Origin: an uncultured virus (IMG/VR IMGVR_UViG_3300040801_004110)
Taxonomy: Duplodnaviria > Heunggongvirae > Uroviricota > Caudoviricetes
IMG/VR virus record: IMGVR_UViG_3300040801_004110
Strand: one strand, 5' to 3'
Length of the DNA: 64,000 nt
A model generated the notes under the pieces. That model saw only the letters and a program-made list of their open reading frames with translations, was not told the origin of the DNA and did not search any database. A program made the position numbers and the translations under genes. Position 1 is the first letter of the stretch; the number at the start of each line of letters is the position of its first letter. Shown in pieces: positions 29,640-38,759 of the stretch.

Positions 29640-30146
29640 TTAAGAAAAAATATTATTATCATTTATATCCCAACTCCCATCATTGTATATTGACTTTACT
29701 TGGTTTGCTGAAAATGTAACATATACTGTACCTGGGTCTTGATAATCTTCATCATCTATCCAACTATCTTTAACATTAGTAAATATAACTCCATCATGTT
29801 TACCTCTATTAATATTCTGTATAACCATTATAGTTGATGTTCCATAAGGGGTATCTATCTCATCCCATTTCTTACCTTTACAATCAATTGTAAGTGGGGT
29901 ATTCATTCTTAAGTAGACTTCATATACATACTCGCCACTTGCATAACCATCAGCATTCATATAATCGTCTGTGAAGAAACTATACCCTTTAAACTCATCA
30001 AAGTCACTTTGAGATCCATGATAAACAATCAAAGGTTCTTTATTATGTGTGACCTTGCTTTTGTCGAACCACCTCCAGAAGTTATCATTTATTTTAATAT
30101 CGGATTCTGAACTTTCGAATACTTTGAAAGGTTTAATATGTATCAT
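29640..30146 (-). CDS. CTS-like leader protein, ART-PolyVal-like
   Basis: MIHIKPFKVFE; FWRWF, VYHGS..F..F, FFTD, HDGVI, NQVKSI; paralog of 10793; TAATATATA at 30152-30160. Confidence 0.75.
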   Translation of the reverse strand: MIHIKPFKVFESSESDIKINDNFWRWFDKSKVTHNKEPLIVYHGSQSDFDEFKGYSFFTDDYMNADGYASGEYVYEVYLRMNTPLTIDCKGKKWDEIDTPYGTSTIMVIQNINRGKHDGVIFTNVKDSWIDDEDYQDPGTVYVTFSANQVKSIYNDGSWDINDNNIFS

Positions 30147-30159
30147 AAGACTATATATT

Positions 30160-30190
30160 AAAACCTCATCATAATACTTTGATGAGGTTC
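30160..30190. terminator. AACCTCATC/GATGAGGTT hairpin
   Basis: Short member of the AACCTCA repeat family. Confidence 0.6.
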
Positions 30191-30193
30191 TAT

Positions 30194-30397
30194 TTACTTC
30201 TCATCTTCCTTATAATGGACTGCAAATGATTTACCTCTCATTACTCTAATCCCATCATTGATTCTTTTAAGCTTAGTTTTTATACTATAAAAGGGAAGTG
30301 GTTTTGCAATATACCATTTCTTGTCATTAGATTGTGATGTAATTGATTCATCTATATCTTTCAATAGCTTATCGATTAATACACTCATGGTTTTCAA
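30194..30397 (-). CDS. Hypothetical protein
   Basis: Clean ORF; start uncertain. Confidence 0.55.
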   Translation of the reverse strand: MKTMSVLIDKLLKDIDESITSQSNDKKWYIAKPLPFYSIKTKLKRINDGIRVMRGKSFAVHYKEDEK

Positions 30398-30494
30398 TGT
30401 TTATTATTATACGTATATTAAAAATAAAGTTTATAAAAAGGTTGTTTGGTATTATGTTTATACTTATCTTTGTATGAATTAAAAAACTAAAACT

Positions 30495-30731
30495 ATGGAA
30501 ACTATAAACTTATCTACAGAAACTGAAAACAAAATAACACATTGGAGAGTCTTGGGAAATCTTAAAGGCATTGAAAAGCCAGTTGATTTAACTTTTAAAA
30601 AATCAAGATGTAAAAAACCAGAAACTGCACTAGCTAGATTCAAAAAAAGATTATCAGGTAACTGTAGTAATATTATTGTAACAGGTCTTTTAGTCCATGC
30701 TGAGACTAAGCCAATTATTTTTCAGGCTTAA
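30495..30731 (+). CDS. Hypothetical protein
   Basis: TATCTTTG promoter and AAAACTA leader. Confidence 0.7.
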   Translation: METINLSTETENKITHWRVLGNLKGIEKPVDLTFKKSRCKKPETALARFKKRLSGNCSNIIVTGLLVHAETKPIIFQA

Positions 30732-30739
30732 AAATTTAA

Positions 30740-30991
30740 TTATTCCAATATTTCATTTAAGGTATCTAATCTAGATTTCTTAAGCCATGCATTGAATTCT
30801 GATACACTTACATGTGTTGTCATTTTTTCCGAATATCTTTTATAATATGGTTTAATGTAACATTGTATGATATAAAAATTATAACTAGAGTATTCTTTAA
30901 TATAAAATTCTTCTATATGAAAGGGGCTAGTATATGCATCTAATACCTTATTTTCTTTTAAGTACTTATATAATAATTTAATATTTGCCAT
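30740..30991 (-). CDS. C-terminal tag protein (AYKYL family)
   Basis: LYKYLKE; ends SRLDTLNEILE. Confidence 0.7.
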   Translation of the reverse strand: MANIKLLYKYLKENKVLDAYTSPFHIEEFYIKEYSSYNFYIIQCYIKPYYKRYSEKMTTHVSVSEFNAWLKKSRLDTLNEILE

Positions 30992-30993
30992 CT

Positions 30994-31404
30994 TTAGCTT
31001 AGGTTTAAGATGGTTTTAATTTTTCTAGACCTCACTTTTTCTCTGTGACTGTATTCTGTGTACACTTTATCATTTAGCCACCATTCTTTACTACCACTAG
31101 AATATTCAATGGCAGGACCATCCTCTCTATGTAACTCACCATGTATCCTCCACTCTTTACTACCACTAGAATATTCAATGGCAGGACCATCCTCTCTATG
31201 TAACTCACCATGTATCCTCCACTCTTTGTATCCATTTACAAAACTAATAGCAGGACCACCCTCTCTGTGTGGAATACCATTTTTATACCAAATTTTATCA
31301 CCATTAGCATATTCAATGGTTGGTAGGTCGTTCTCTCTATGAAGATCACCCCTTTCATTATACCATTCAGTCGTTAAATATCTATCTACCCCTTTATAGC
31401 TCAT
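30994..31404 (-). CDS. LHREDGPA-repeat protein with C-terminal tag
   Basis: Four repeats incl. exact 69-bp duplication 31085-31222; ends VRSRKIKTIL. Confidence 0.85.
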   Translation of the reverse strand: MSYKGVDRYLTTEWYNERGDLHRENDLPTIEYANGDKIWYKNGIPHREGGPAISFVNGYKEWRIHGELHREDGPAIEYSSGSKEWRIHGELHREDGPAIEYSSGSKEWWLNDKVYTEYSHREKVRSRKIKTILNLS

Positions 31405-31733
31405 AATATTTGTTTAAGCTTTATGTATCTCATTTCTTTTTTATATTCTTGGTAGCTATATTGAACATTATTTACCCACCACTCTTTACTACCACTAGAA
31501 TATTCAATGGCAGGACCATCCTCTCTATGTAACTCACCGTGTAACCACCATTCTTTGTATCCATTTATAAAACTAATAGCAGGACCACCCTCTCTGTGTA
31601 GAATACCATTTGCATACCAAAGTTTGTCACCATTTGCATACTCAATAGCTGGTAGGTCGTTCTCTCTATGAAGATCACCTCTTTCATTATACCATTCAGT
31701 CGTTAAATATCTATCTACCCCTTTATAGCTCAT
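31401..31733 (-). CDS. LHREDGPA-repeat protein with C-terminal tag
   Basis: First 28 aa identical to neighbour; ends MRYIKLKQIL. Confidence 0.85.
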   Translation of the reverse strand: MSYKGVDRYLTTEWYNERGDLHRENDLPAIEYANGDKLWYANGILHREGGPAISFINGYKEWWLHGELHREDGPAIEYSSGSKEWWVNNVQYSYQEYKKEMRYIKLKQIL

Positions 31734-31921
31734 ATAATTTGCTTTAACTTTTTAGACCTCATCTTTATTTTATATTCTTGATGAGTACATTCAATATTAT
31801 TTAACCACCATTCTTTATAACCATTAGCATATTCAGCAGCAGGACCATCCTCTCTATGGTACTCACCATCGTCATTAAAACAAAAAATATTACCTTCATA
31901 ATCTATCAAATTATAACTCAT
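31730..31921 (-). CDS. LHREDGPA-repeat protein with C-terminal tag
   Basis: One repeat; ends MRSKKLKQII. Confidence 0.8.
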   Translation of the reverse strand: MSYNLIDYEGNIFCFNDDGEYHREDGPAAEYANGYKEWWLNNIECTHQEYKIKMRSKKLKQII

Positions 31922-32178
31922 AATATCTGCTTTAACTTTTTGGATCTCATCTTTTCTTTATATTCTTCTTCAGTGTATTCTACATTATTTAACCACCACT
32001 CTTTACCCCCACTACCATAGTCAACAGCAGGACCATCTTCTCTATGGCGTTTGTCATGTATCCACCATTCTTTTACAACATCAGACCATTCAATAGCAGG
32101 ACCATTCTCTCTATGAAGCGAACCATCATCATCGTACCATAGTATAGTTCCAGATCTAGATACCTTTTTATAATTCAT
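31918..32178 (-). CDS. LHREDGPA-repeat protein with C-terminal tag
   Basis: Two repeats; ends MRSKKLKQIL. Confidence 0.85.
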   Translation of the reverse strand: MNYKKVSRSGTILWYDDDGSLHRENGPAIEWSDVVKEWWIHDKRHREDGPAVDYGSGGKEWWLNNVEYTEEEYKEKMRSKKLKQIL

Positions 32179-32504
32179 AATATTTGTTTCATCTTTATAG
32201 ATCTCATTTTTTCTTTATATTCTTGATGGGTATATTCTATACTATTTAAATACCATTTTTTATTACCACTATAAATTTCAATAGCAGGACCATTCTCTCT
32301 ATGTAGTTCACCATTTATCCACCACTCCTTATAACCATTAGGATGTTCAAAAGCAGGACTATCTTCTCTATGTCGTACACCGTTTAACCACCATTCTTTC
32401 CCACCATTAATATATTCGATAGCATGACCACCCTCTCTATGTAGATTGCCGTTATCATTAAACCAACGAATAGTACCTTCTTTGTCTACTTCTTTATAAC
32501 CCAT
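32175..32504 (-). CDS. LHREDGPA-repeat protein with C-terminal tag
   Basis: Three repeats; ends MRSIKMKQIL. Confidence 0.85.
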   Translation of the reverse strand: MGYKEVDKEGTIRWFNDNGNLHREGGHAIEYINGGKEWWLNGVRHREDSPAFEHPNGYKEWWINGELHRENGPAIEIYSGNKKWYLNSIEYTHQEYKEKMRSIKMKQIL

Positions 32505-32654
32505 AATATATGCTTTAACTTTTATTTTTTAATGATAGTTTATCCCATCATTATAAACTATAATATACAATAGCGTTGGGATAAACTAACATTGTTATTT
32601 TTTATTTAGAACAAATGTACAAAAAATAATCGATGAGGTTATATTATCCACCAT

Positions 32655-33023
32655 TCAAAATCTATAAATTATATGTTCATCATTTAACATTACAGATAAT
32701 TGAATATTAAAGGGCTTATCTTTGACATTAAATTTTTCAATAATAAACTCACGTATAAATGCGAATGCTATTTTATTACTATACTTAGGATATAGAGAGT
32801 TATAAAGATCAGAATATTTAAAATAAAGATAAATATAATTACCAAAAAAATGAATTATGATATTATCCTCACTATCAACATATCTAACACTTATTTCTCC
32901 ATTGACCTCACGCAAGCTCTCTAAGTGATCTATATCTTTCTGTATAACTGAATAATATCCACTTAATGGCTTATCTAAAACCTCAGATAATTTAACTTGT
33001 CTTTTGTACTCACTATACTTCAT
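32655..33023 (-). CDS. N-terminal RxxKL-tag protein
   Basis: MKYSEYKRQVKLSEVLDKPLSG. Confidence 0.8.
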   Translation of the reverse strand: MKYSEYKRQVKLSEVLDKPLSGYYSVIQKDIDHLESLREVNGEISVRYVDSEDNIIIHFFGNYIYLYFKYSDLYNSLYPKYSNKIAFAFIREFIIEKFNVKDKPFNIQLSVMLNDEHIIYRF

Positions 33024-33073
33024 ATCACAAATATACAATTAATATCAATAATATGGAAATTGTTTTGAATGTA

Positions 33074-33127
33074 TTATCCGATTACGTTTAGCTGTTTACA
33101 AACGATTAAATAAATCTAATCGGATAA
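33074..33127. repeat. Outlying copy of CGATTAA-N6-TTAATCG-GATAA motif
   Basis: Matches units at 42831, 42935 and 42991 (one mismatch). Confidence 0.75.
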
Positions 33128-33193
33128 TTATTAACAGTTATTAGTTGTTTATAAGGTTTAAAATATTATCTTTGTACTTCTAAAGCTAATATT

Positions 33194-33466
33194 ATGATAA
33201 CAACAGAGAACCTAAGGGAATGTTTTAACCTCATCACAGAAGAAGATGTTAAAGAGTTAGAAAATGCATCAGGAGATTATATAGCAATGACTCTGAATGT
33301 ATTCAATACTGGTGGTGTTGTTATACTTTACAGAGGTGACTATAACGAAGATATAGAAGCAGAACAAGCATCAAGTGGGCAGTTATATTGTGACTGTGAT
33401 GACTTTTTAAGACTTTACAAGGAAAGCGGATCACAGAATGATTTCCTTGATGAGGTTTGCTTATAA
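33194..33466 (+). CDS. Hypothetical protein
   Basis: TATCTTTG at 33167. Confidence 0.7.
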   Translation: MITTENLRECFNLITEEDVKELENASGDYIAMTLNVFNTGGVVILYRGDYNEDIEAEQASSGQLYCDCDDFLRLYKESGSQNDFLDEVCL

Positions 33467-33491
33467 TACTAATCCTAATTAAAATATTGGC

Positions 33492-33698
33492 ATGGAATTT
33501 TACACTAATTTAGTAACCGAGACAGAAAACAAATTACAAAAGGGCGACCTTGTTAAAAGTAATATCCTGGGGAAACGACTTGTTATAAGCTTTGTGAGCA
33601 TTGATGGATCTAAGTTCATAGCTAGAGACAGGGCGAATAAATACTATAAAGGATATACTAAAGATGTTGAACTTGTAGAGAGCCGTTCAGTATCTTAA
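33492..33698 (+). CDS. Hypothetical protein
   Basis: Clean ORF. Confidence 0.6.
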   Translation: MEFYTNLVTETENKLQKGDLVKSNILGKRLVISFVSIDGSKFIARDRANKYYKGYTKDVELVESRSVS

Positions 33699-33807
33699 AA
33701 TGTTCAGTGACACTGAACAGACTCAAATAATGAACTAAAACTTAATAGAGTATTTTGTACTCATTATTTTTTATATTTGCTTTTATAAATCTGTAAATAA
33801 TTATAAT

Positions 33808-34008
33808 ATGAACAAGTTAACAAAAATAACACCCTACGAATTTGAGAAGATTGGAGTAACAACCTTCTTAATTACTTTAGATGGTGAAAAGTTCTTAACA
33901 GTTGAAAACAGTAATGAAGAAAATGTTAAAAAAACAACAAACTTACTAAATGGTGCTTTTAGAGAAGGTGTTATTTTTGGACAGTTTAATAAGATAGAGG
34001 ACTTATAA
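33808..34008 (+). CDS. Hypothetical protein
   Basis: TATATTTG upstream. Confidence 0.6.
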   Translation: MNKLTKITPYEFEKIGVTTFLITLDGEKFLTVENSNEENVKKTTNLLNGAFREGVIFGQFNKIEDL

Positions 34009-34050
34009 CCATATTATATAATGTATATTTGCAGTATAATAATTAAAGTA

Positions 34051-34230
34051 ATGGGAATCATGATGACTTACAAAGCAGAATTAGTAGAAAATAACGAAGT
34101 GGTAAAAACCTTTGAAGAAGAAACCAACGAAAATTGGTCTTCTTGGAGATTTAAAAAAGCCTTGGATGAACTTAAACCAAAAGGAAGAGAGATTAGATGG
34201 TTTATCAATGGTGATCGAAAGTTAAGCTAA
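34051..34230 (+). CDS. Hypothetical protein
   Basis: TATATTTG at 34024. Confidence 0.6.
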   Translation: MGIMMTYKAELVENNEVVKTFEEETNENWSSWRFKKALDELKPKGREIRWFINGDRKLS

Positions 34231-34253
34231 GTAGAAATAAGTAGAAATAGGTT

Positions 34254-34390
34254 TAAAAGCATTAATTGGGAGGACAGTCAAATCCCAACCACCACATACT
34301 TAAAAGTATAAGTGGGGAATAAGGCACGAAAGTGTAATGATGAGGTGACTTTCATCACTAACTTATGATGAACTGGGTGGTTTGCTTTTA
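34254..34390 (+). ncRNA. Candidate multibranch structured RNA
   Basis: Nested stems TAAAAGCA/TGCTTTTA, TTGGGA/TCCCAA, AACCACC/GGTGGTT, GCAC-GAAA-GTGT, TGATGA/TCATCA. Confidence 0.5.
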
Positions 34391-34524
34391 TTTTTTAACA
34401 ACATACTTGTATATGGGATTAAGCGAGTTATTAAGGTTTAGGGAAGAATACTAGCTTTAATCCTTTATAACGGACGAGTTTGTGATACGTTTCGGTGATA
34501 AATAGAAAAAATAAAAATTAAATT

Positions 34525-34884
34525 ATGAAAACAGAAATTGCAGAATTAGAAATTACACATCTAAAATCAGAAGGTTTATATTTTGATTATGAGTTTACAC
34601 AAGGAAATTACATTAACTATTTAAACTTGTGTATTGAAAAAGAAGGTTATGATATAAAAACAATCATATCAAAATTAAAACCAAATGAGAAAATAATTTT
34701 TTCACTTAACTCAGGTGATACATTCAATGGTTCAAAAGACCAAAAAGAAGGTAGTATTTATTGGAAACATCCACATTATGGATTATGCATCAGAGTTCAA
34801 TCAACAGAAAAAAGTTTACAAGAATGGTCTTATGAATTGGAAAAATTATTTTCTTCAAAACCTTCTGATTGTGTTGATATATAA
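34525..34884 (+). CDS. Hypothetical protein
   Basis: Clean ORF. Confidence 0.65.
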   Translation: MKTEIAELEITHLKSEGLYFDYEFTQGNYINYLNLCIEKEGYDIKTIISKLKPNEKIIFSLNSGDTFNGSKDQKEGSIYWKHPHYGLCIRVQSTEKSLQEWSYELEKLFSSKPSDCVDI

Positions 34885-35051
34885 TTACCACCATTTGATG
34901 ATTTGGATGATGATGGTAATTACATTTAAACTGACCCAAAATTTTTAAAAAGTTTTAATGACGGAACTTCATTAAATGATGGAAAGTAGTATATGAGTGG
35001 GTGTCATCAGTAGCCTTTAATTGAGCATAAAAACTTAAATAGATAGAAATT

Positions 35052-35282
35052 ATGAATAAAAAAGTAAACAACCAAAGAGATAAAAAGAAACAGGCTTCAT
35101 ATGGTGTTTTAAGATCGTTTTTTTGCTTTCTTGGAATACATAAATTAAGTGTTTATATAGACTTGAAAATATTAAAACAAAGTGAGTTAAAATACAATAA
35201 TTGTGATAAATGTAATTGGATTAAATATATGAGAAATCCAATAGGTAAAAACATTCTAGATATACCATATAAACCAAAATGA
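35052..35282 (+). CDS. Hypothetical protein
   Basis: FCFLGIH...CDKC motif. Confidence 0.55.
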   Translation: MNKKVNNQRDKKKQASYGVLRSFFCFLGIHKLSVYIDLKILKQSELKYNNCDKCNWIKYMRNPIGKNILDIPYKPK

Positions 35283-35385
35283 TCTTTTATGACTATATTC
35301 TATACGCAATTACTTATAATATTTAAAGAGTTGAAATTTTCATAATGATTGGATACGGTTTTTATTAACTTATCCATATATTCTT

Positions 35386-35431
35386 TTAACATTTCTTTAA
35401 CACTTTATATCAATATAGTTTAGTATCTTTG
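35386..35431 (+). promoter_or_regulatory. TTAACA-N5-TTAACA-N21-TATCTTTG promoter
   Basis: Direct-repeat box plus Bacteroidota -7 element; no ORF follows. Confidence 0.65.
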
Positions 35432-35435
35432 TATT

Positions 35436-35556
35436 GGCTGACGGGCGTAGTGTAATCCCAACACTGGAAGAGTAGGCTCCAACGAACTCCATTTTAAAAT
35501 GTTAATAAACTCTTAATTTTTTTAAATTAAGACGTGTTGGAGTCTACTTGCTCCCA
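35436..35556 (+). ncRNA. Candidate small structured RNA
   Basis: Follows promoter; stem GAGTAGGCTCCAAC/GTTGGAGTCTACTT, plus AGTGT/ACACT and TCTTAATTT/AAATTAAGA. Confidence 0.5.
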
Positions 35557-35908
35557 TATGTTAAAAATATGTTAGATCTTATTTCGTTTATTTTAATAAA
35601 AAATTTGTGCTACATAAACTAGATTTTAAGTTATATGTAAAGATACAAAATAATGATGTGTTGGGAAAGCCTTTAACATTTTTTTAACAAAAATCGTGCA
35701 GCATAATGATAATATAATTTATAAAAACATTTAATTATTTATTTTTAGTTTTTACTTTTAATGTTTTATAATTTAAATTATGTTAAAAAATAAAACTTTT
35801 TCTTGTTATTAGATATAGTATGTATGCTTGACCAAGATTCTGAAAATAGTTTTTAGAATCTCAAAAGCATAAAATAATAAAAATAAATTAAATTAAAGAA
35901 ATTTGATT

Positions 35909-37480
35909 ATGGGAAAAGAAAAAAGCTTAGCTCAAGCAAAAATGAGCAACGACAAAGTGTATCATGTTGATTCTACACCAAATGCAATGTTTTTAAACAC
36001 ACTTAGAAACTCTGGTTATAATAATTATACTGCAATAGCAGACATTATTGATAACTCTATAGATACTGATGTGGACTCTACAAAAGTATCAATAACATTT
36101 GAAGGTGATTCAATTAATAAATCATTTAAGTTTATAAAAATAACAGATAACGGATCTGGTATGGATTTGGATACATTAAGAGAATCTTTAAAATTGGGTG
36201 CAGTAACTGGTAAAAGCAGAGAAAAAGATCTTGGTAGTTATGGTACTGGGTTGAAAGCAGCTGGATTATCTATAGGTAGAAGGATTGTTATTAAAACTAA
36301 ATCGAAAGATGATGAATTATGGATAGCTACCTATGACCTTGATGAAATTTTAGAAAACGGATGGAATTCACCAACTATTACACAAGGAAAAAATTCAGAA
36401 TATGATGAGTTCAAAGAACAGACTGGATCTGAAACTGGTACTATCATAGTCTTAGATAAACTTGATAGAATTAGTGATTATCATGTTACGCAATTTAAAA
36501 ATAAATTAATCAAAGATATATCGCTATTTTATAAAGTTTTTATAGATGAGTTAGGTGTACAAATTACTGTTAATAATGAAATTGTTAAATCATTTGACCC
36601 AATGTTTAGGAATGAAAGTTTTTCTACAAGAATGAGTAGCTTGAATGAAAAGTTCAATTATAAAAATAAAGAAATAAAATTCAATGCATTTTATCTTGAG
36701 AAGATGGATGATAGGAAAAACCTTGGAATAAACCAAAGAAATGCTGGTCTGTACATTTATAGAAACAATAGACTTGTTGGTAGTGGTCTTGACTTAGGTA
36801 TTATAGGAAAACTTGGTGATGGTTATGCAAATGGTATTCGAATTGAATTATTAATAGACGGTGATTGTGATGAAATCTTTGGATCTACATATATAAAAAT
36901 GATTCATGAAAAAGACAAAGGTGAGATTGAACAAGGATTTAAAGATAGTTGTCAAAAAGCTTTACTTCCCTTTGTAAAATATGGCAGAGCTATAGAGAGA
37001 TCTGGAAAATCTAATTCAAAAATTAAAGATGAAGATAAAAAAGAATGGGATAACATTGGAGACAGAATTAATAAAAACAAATTGATTAAAGTAAAAAAAT
37101 CTGGCAAAAATACAAAAAAAGATACACCAGATAATAAAAAGCCAACTATGAATCCTGGTAGAAATAAATTTTCCAATAGAAAAAGAGATGATGCATTTGC
37201 TGATTTTAAATTTGTTAATTTAGGTGAAGCTGGTAATTTGTTTAATGTCTCTAAAGAAAATGGCAAACATGTTGTACATATGAATGTTGATCATCTCTTT
37301 TGGACTGAATTTCTACATGATGCAACAAATGAAACTAAAGGAATTATAGCTAGATTATTCGTATCTATGACTTTAAGCCTAGACAGTATAGGATATTATG
37401 ATGATGCAGAAAAAGAGGTACTGTTAGGAGAATACCTCTTGGAAATGTCTTCTAACTTAAGGAAACTAATTAAAGGATAA
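35909..37480 (+). CDS. MORC-family GHKL ATPase (HATPase_c_3-like)
   Basis: LRNSGY, AIADIIDNSID, DNGSGM, LGSYGTGLKAA, GTII, GLYIYRNNRL. Confidence 0.85.
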   Translation: MGKEKSLAQAKMSNDKVYHVDSTPNAMFLNTLRNSGYNNYTAIADIIDNSIDTDVDSTKVSITFEGDSINKSFKFIKITDNGSGMDLDTLRESLKLGAVTGKSREKDLGSYGTGLKAAGLSIGRRIVIKTKSKDDELWIATYDLDEILENGWNSPTITQGKNSEYDEFKEQTGSETGTIIVLDKLDRISDYHVTQFKNKLIKDISLFYKVFIDELGVQITVNNEIVKSFDPMFRNESFSTRMSSLNEKFNYKNKEIKFNAFYLEKMDDRKNLGINQRNAGLYIYRNNRLVGSGLDLGIIGKLGDGYANGIRIELLIDGDCDEIFGSTYIKMIHEKDKGEIEQGFKDSCQKALLPFVKYGRAIERSGKSNSKIKDEDKKEWDNIGDRINKNKLIKVKKSGKNTKKDTPDNKKPTMNPGRNKFSNRKRDDAFADFKFVNLGEAGNLFNVSKENGKHVVHMNVDHLFWTEFLHDATNETKGIIARLFVSMTLSLDSIGYYDDAEKEVLLGEYLLEMSSNLRKLIKG

Positions 37481-37505
37481 ATAGTCTATTCTAAGAGGGT
37501 TTAAT

Positions 37506-37588
37506 AAACCTCAACATATCATAACACTATAAATAAAAGAAACCTCTGGCAGATGTGCTATTATAAGGCTCTATGTTGAGGTTTTAAT
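37506..37588. repeat. AACCTCA element copy 1 (core orientation A)
   Basis: 13-bp IR AAACCTCAACATA/TATGTTGAGGTTT; direct repeat of 38327-38400. Confidence 0.85.
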
Positions 37589-37607
37589 ATATTTATTGAG
37601 ATTTTTA

Positions 37608-38213
37608 CTAAATTACCTCATAATGTTTTCTAACTTCATCCATATTAGGCATTTCCAAATCGAAATCATTTACAAAACCTTTTAATCTATTTAAATAAAT
37701 AACATTAGAATTACTATGAATAATTGAACGATCATTAAATTTTTCAACCAGTTCTAATGCATTATCATTTTTAATGAATGTATTAACTACTGAATATATT
37801 GGATTATCTTTGAACCTAGTAAGGCTAGATTGATAATCTATCCCAACTGGTAAATGTTCTAATGATAATATATTATTTTCATCACAACTAAAACCACCAT
37901 TTACTTCATTTGGACATCCCTGTAATGATACTAATTTATTTTGATAAAAATTAAAATTTCCACCAATTTTTTTAGGTGTACCTTCTAATGACACTAATTC
38001 ATTTTGATAACAAGCAAAATCCCCACTAACATAATTAAAATTTATGGGTATAAACTCTAAATCTGAAAAACTTAAATATACATTTCCATCAACATCAATG
38101 CTTAAATCACCATTAATAGTATAATTTCTTATGTTATACTTCATACATAGTTGGTGTATATCTCTCTCTATAAAAGGAAAGCCTGGATGACGTGGTAGTT
38201 TAATAGTTTCCAT
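37608..38213 (-). CDS. LRR-like repeat protein
   Basis: 22-aa repeats N.LVSL.G.P..V.G.F.C. Confidence 0.7.
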   Translation of the reverse strand: METIKLPRHPGFPFIERDIHQLCMKYNIRNYTINGDLSIDVDGNVYLSFSDLEFIPINFNYVSGDFACYQNELVSLEGTPKKIGGNFNFYQNKLVSLQGCPNEVNGGFSCDENNILSLEHLPVGIDYQSSLTRFKDNPIYSVVNTFIKNDNALELVEKFNDRSIIHSNSNVIYLNRLKGFVNDFDLEMPNMDEVRKHYEVI

Positions 38214-38292
38214 TGTAATATAGTTTTTTAGTTCAGTACAAATATAAAACAAACATCTATATAAACAATTAAAAAACTAAACTTTAACATTT

Positions 38293-38321
38293 AAACTTTT
38301 GGTCTGGTGTTTTTTGATTTA
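38293..38321. repeat. GTCTGG-T-tract repeat
   Basis: Also at 42126-42157 and 42865-42896. Confidence 0.75.
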
Positions 38322-38326
38322 GTTCT

Positions 38327-38400
38327 ATATCATAACACTATAAACAAAAGAAACCTCTGGCAGATGTGATATTATAAGGCTCTCTGTTGAGGTTTTAATA
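38327..38400. repeat. AACCTCA element copy 2 (core orientation A)
   Basis: Near-identical to 37516-37589. Confidence 0.85.
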
Positions 38401-38417
38401 GTTTAAGATTAAGCCTT

Positions 38418-38759
38418 TCAAAGATACAAAACCATTGGGATATTAAAAGGATCATTATTTTCTTCCATATCTACAAAACCAAACTTATCAAAAAATCCCC
38501 ATCCACTATGTTCTGTGGTTAATAATGTTATTTTCTCAATTCCTTTTTCCTTAGCATCGCTAATTATCCTTTTCATGAGTTCACTCCCACCACCTTTGCG
38601 TGTAGATTCTATAATTGAAATATACCAAGTATTATTATCAACTTCTGAAATTTCAGCATATGCTTTCTTATCCGATGTTTCATATCTTATGTAAGTATCA
38701 TTAGTATATGATTCTATGCTTTCTCTAATATATCCCCTAAGTGTTTTAATATACTTCAT
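38418..38759 (-). CDS. CTS-like leader protein, GNAT acetyltransferase
   Basis: MKYIKTLRGYIRE; RKGGGSELM, GFFDKFGF. Confidence 0.8.
   Translation of the reverse strand: MKYIKTLRGYIRESIESYTNDTYIRYETSDKKAYAEISEVDNNTWYISIIESTRKGGGSELMKRIISDAKEKGIEKITLLTTEHSGWGFFDKFGFVDMEENNDPFNIPMVLYL

Noticed and set aside
30994..31733. Diversity-generating retroelement template/variable repeat pair
   Set aside because: Differences between the near-identical genes are not confined to adenines, both copies are coding, and no reverse transcriptase is visible in the window.
35436..35490. Canonical tRNA
   Set aside because: D-arm-like start, but no TTCGA T-loop, no U33 and no closing acceptor stem.
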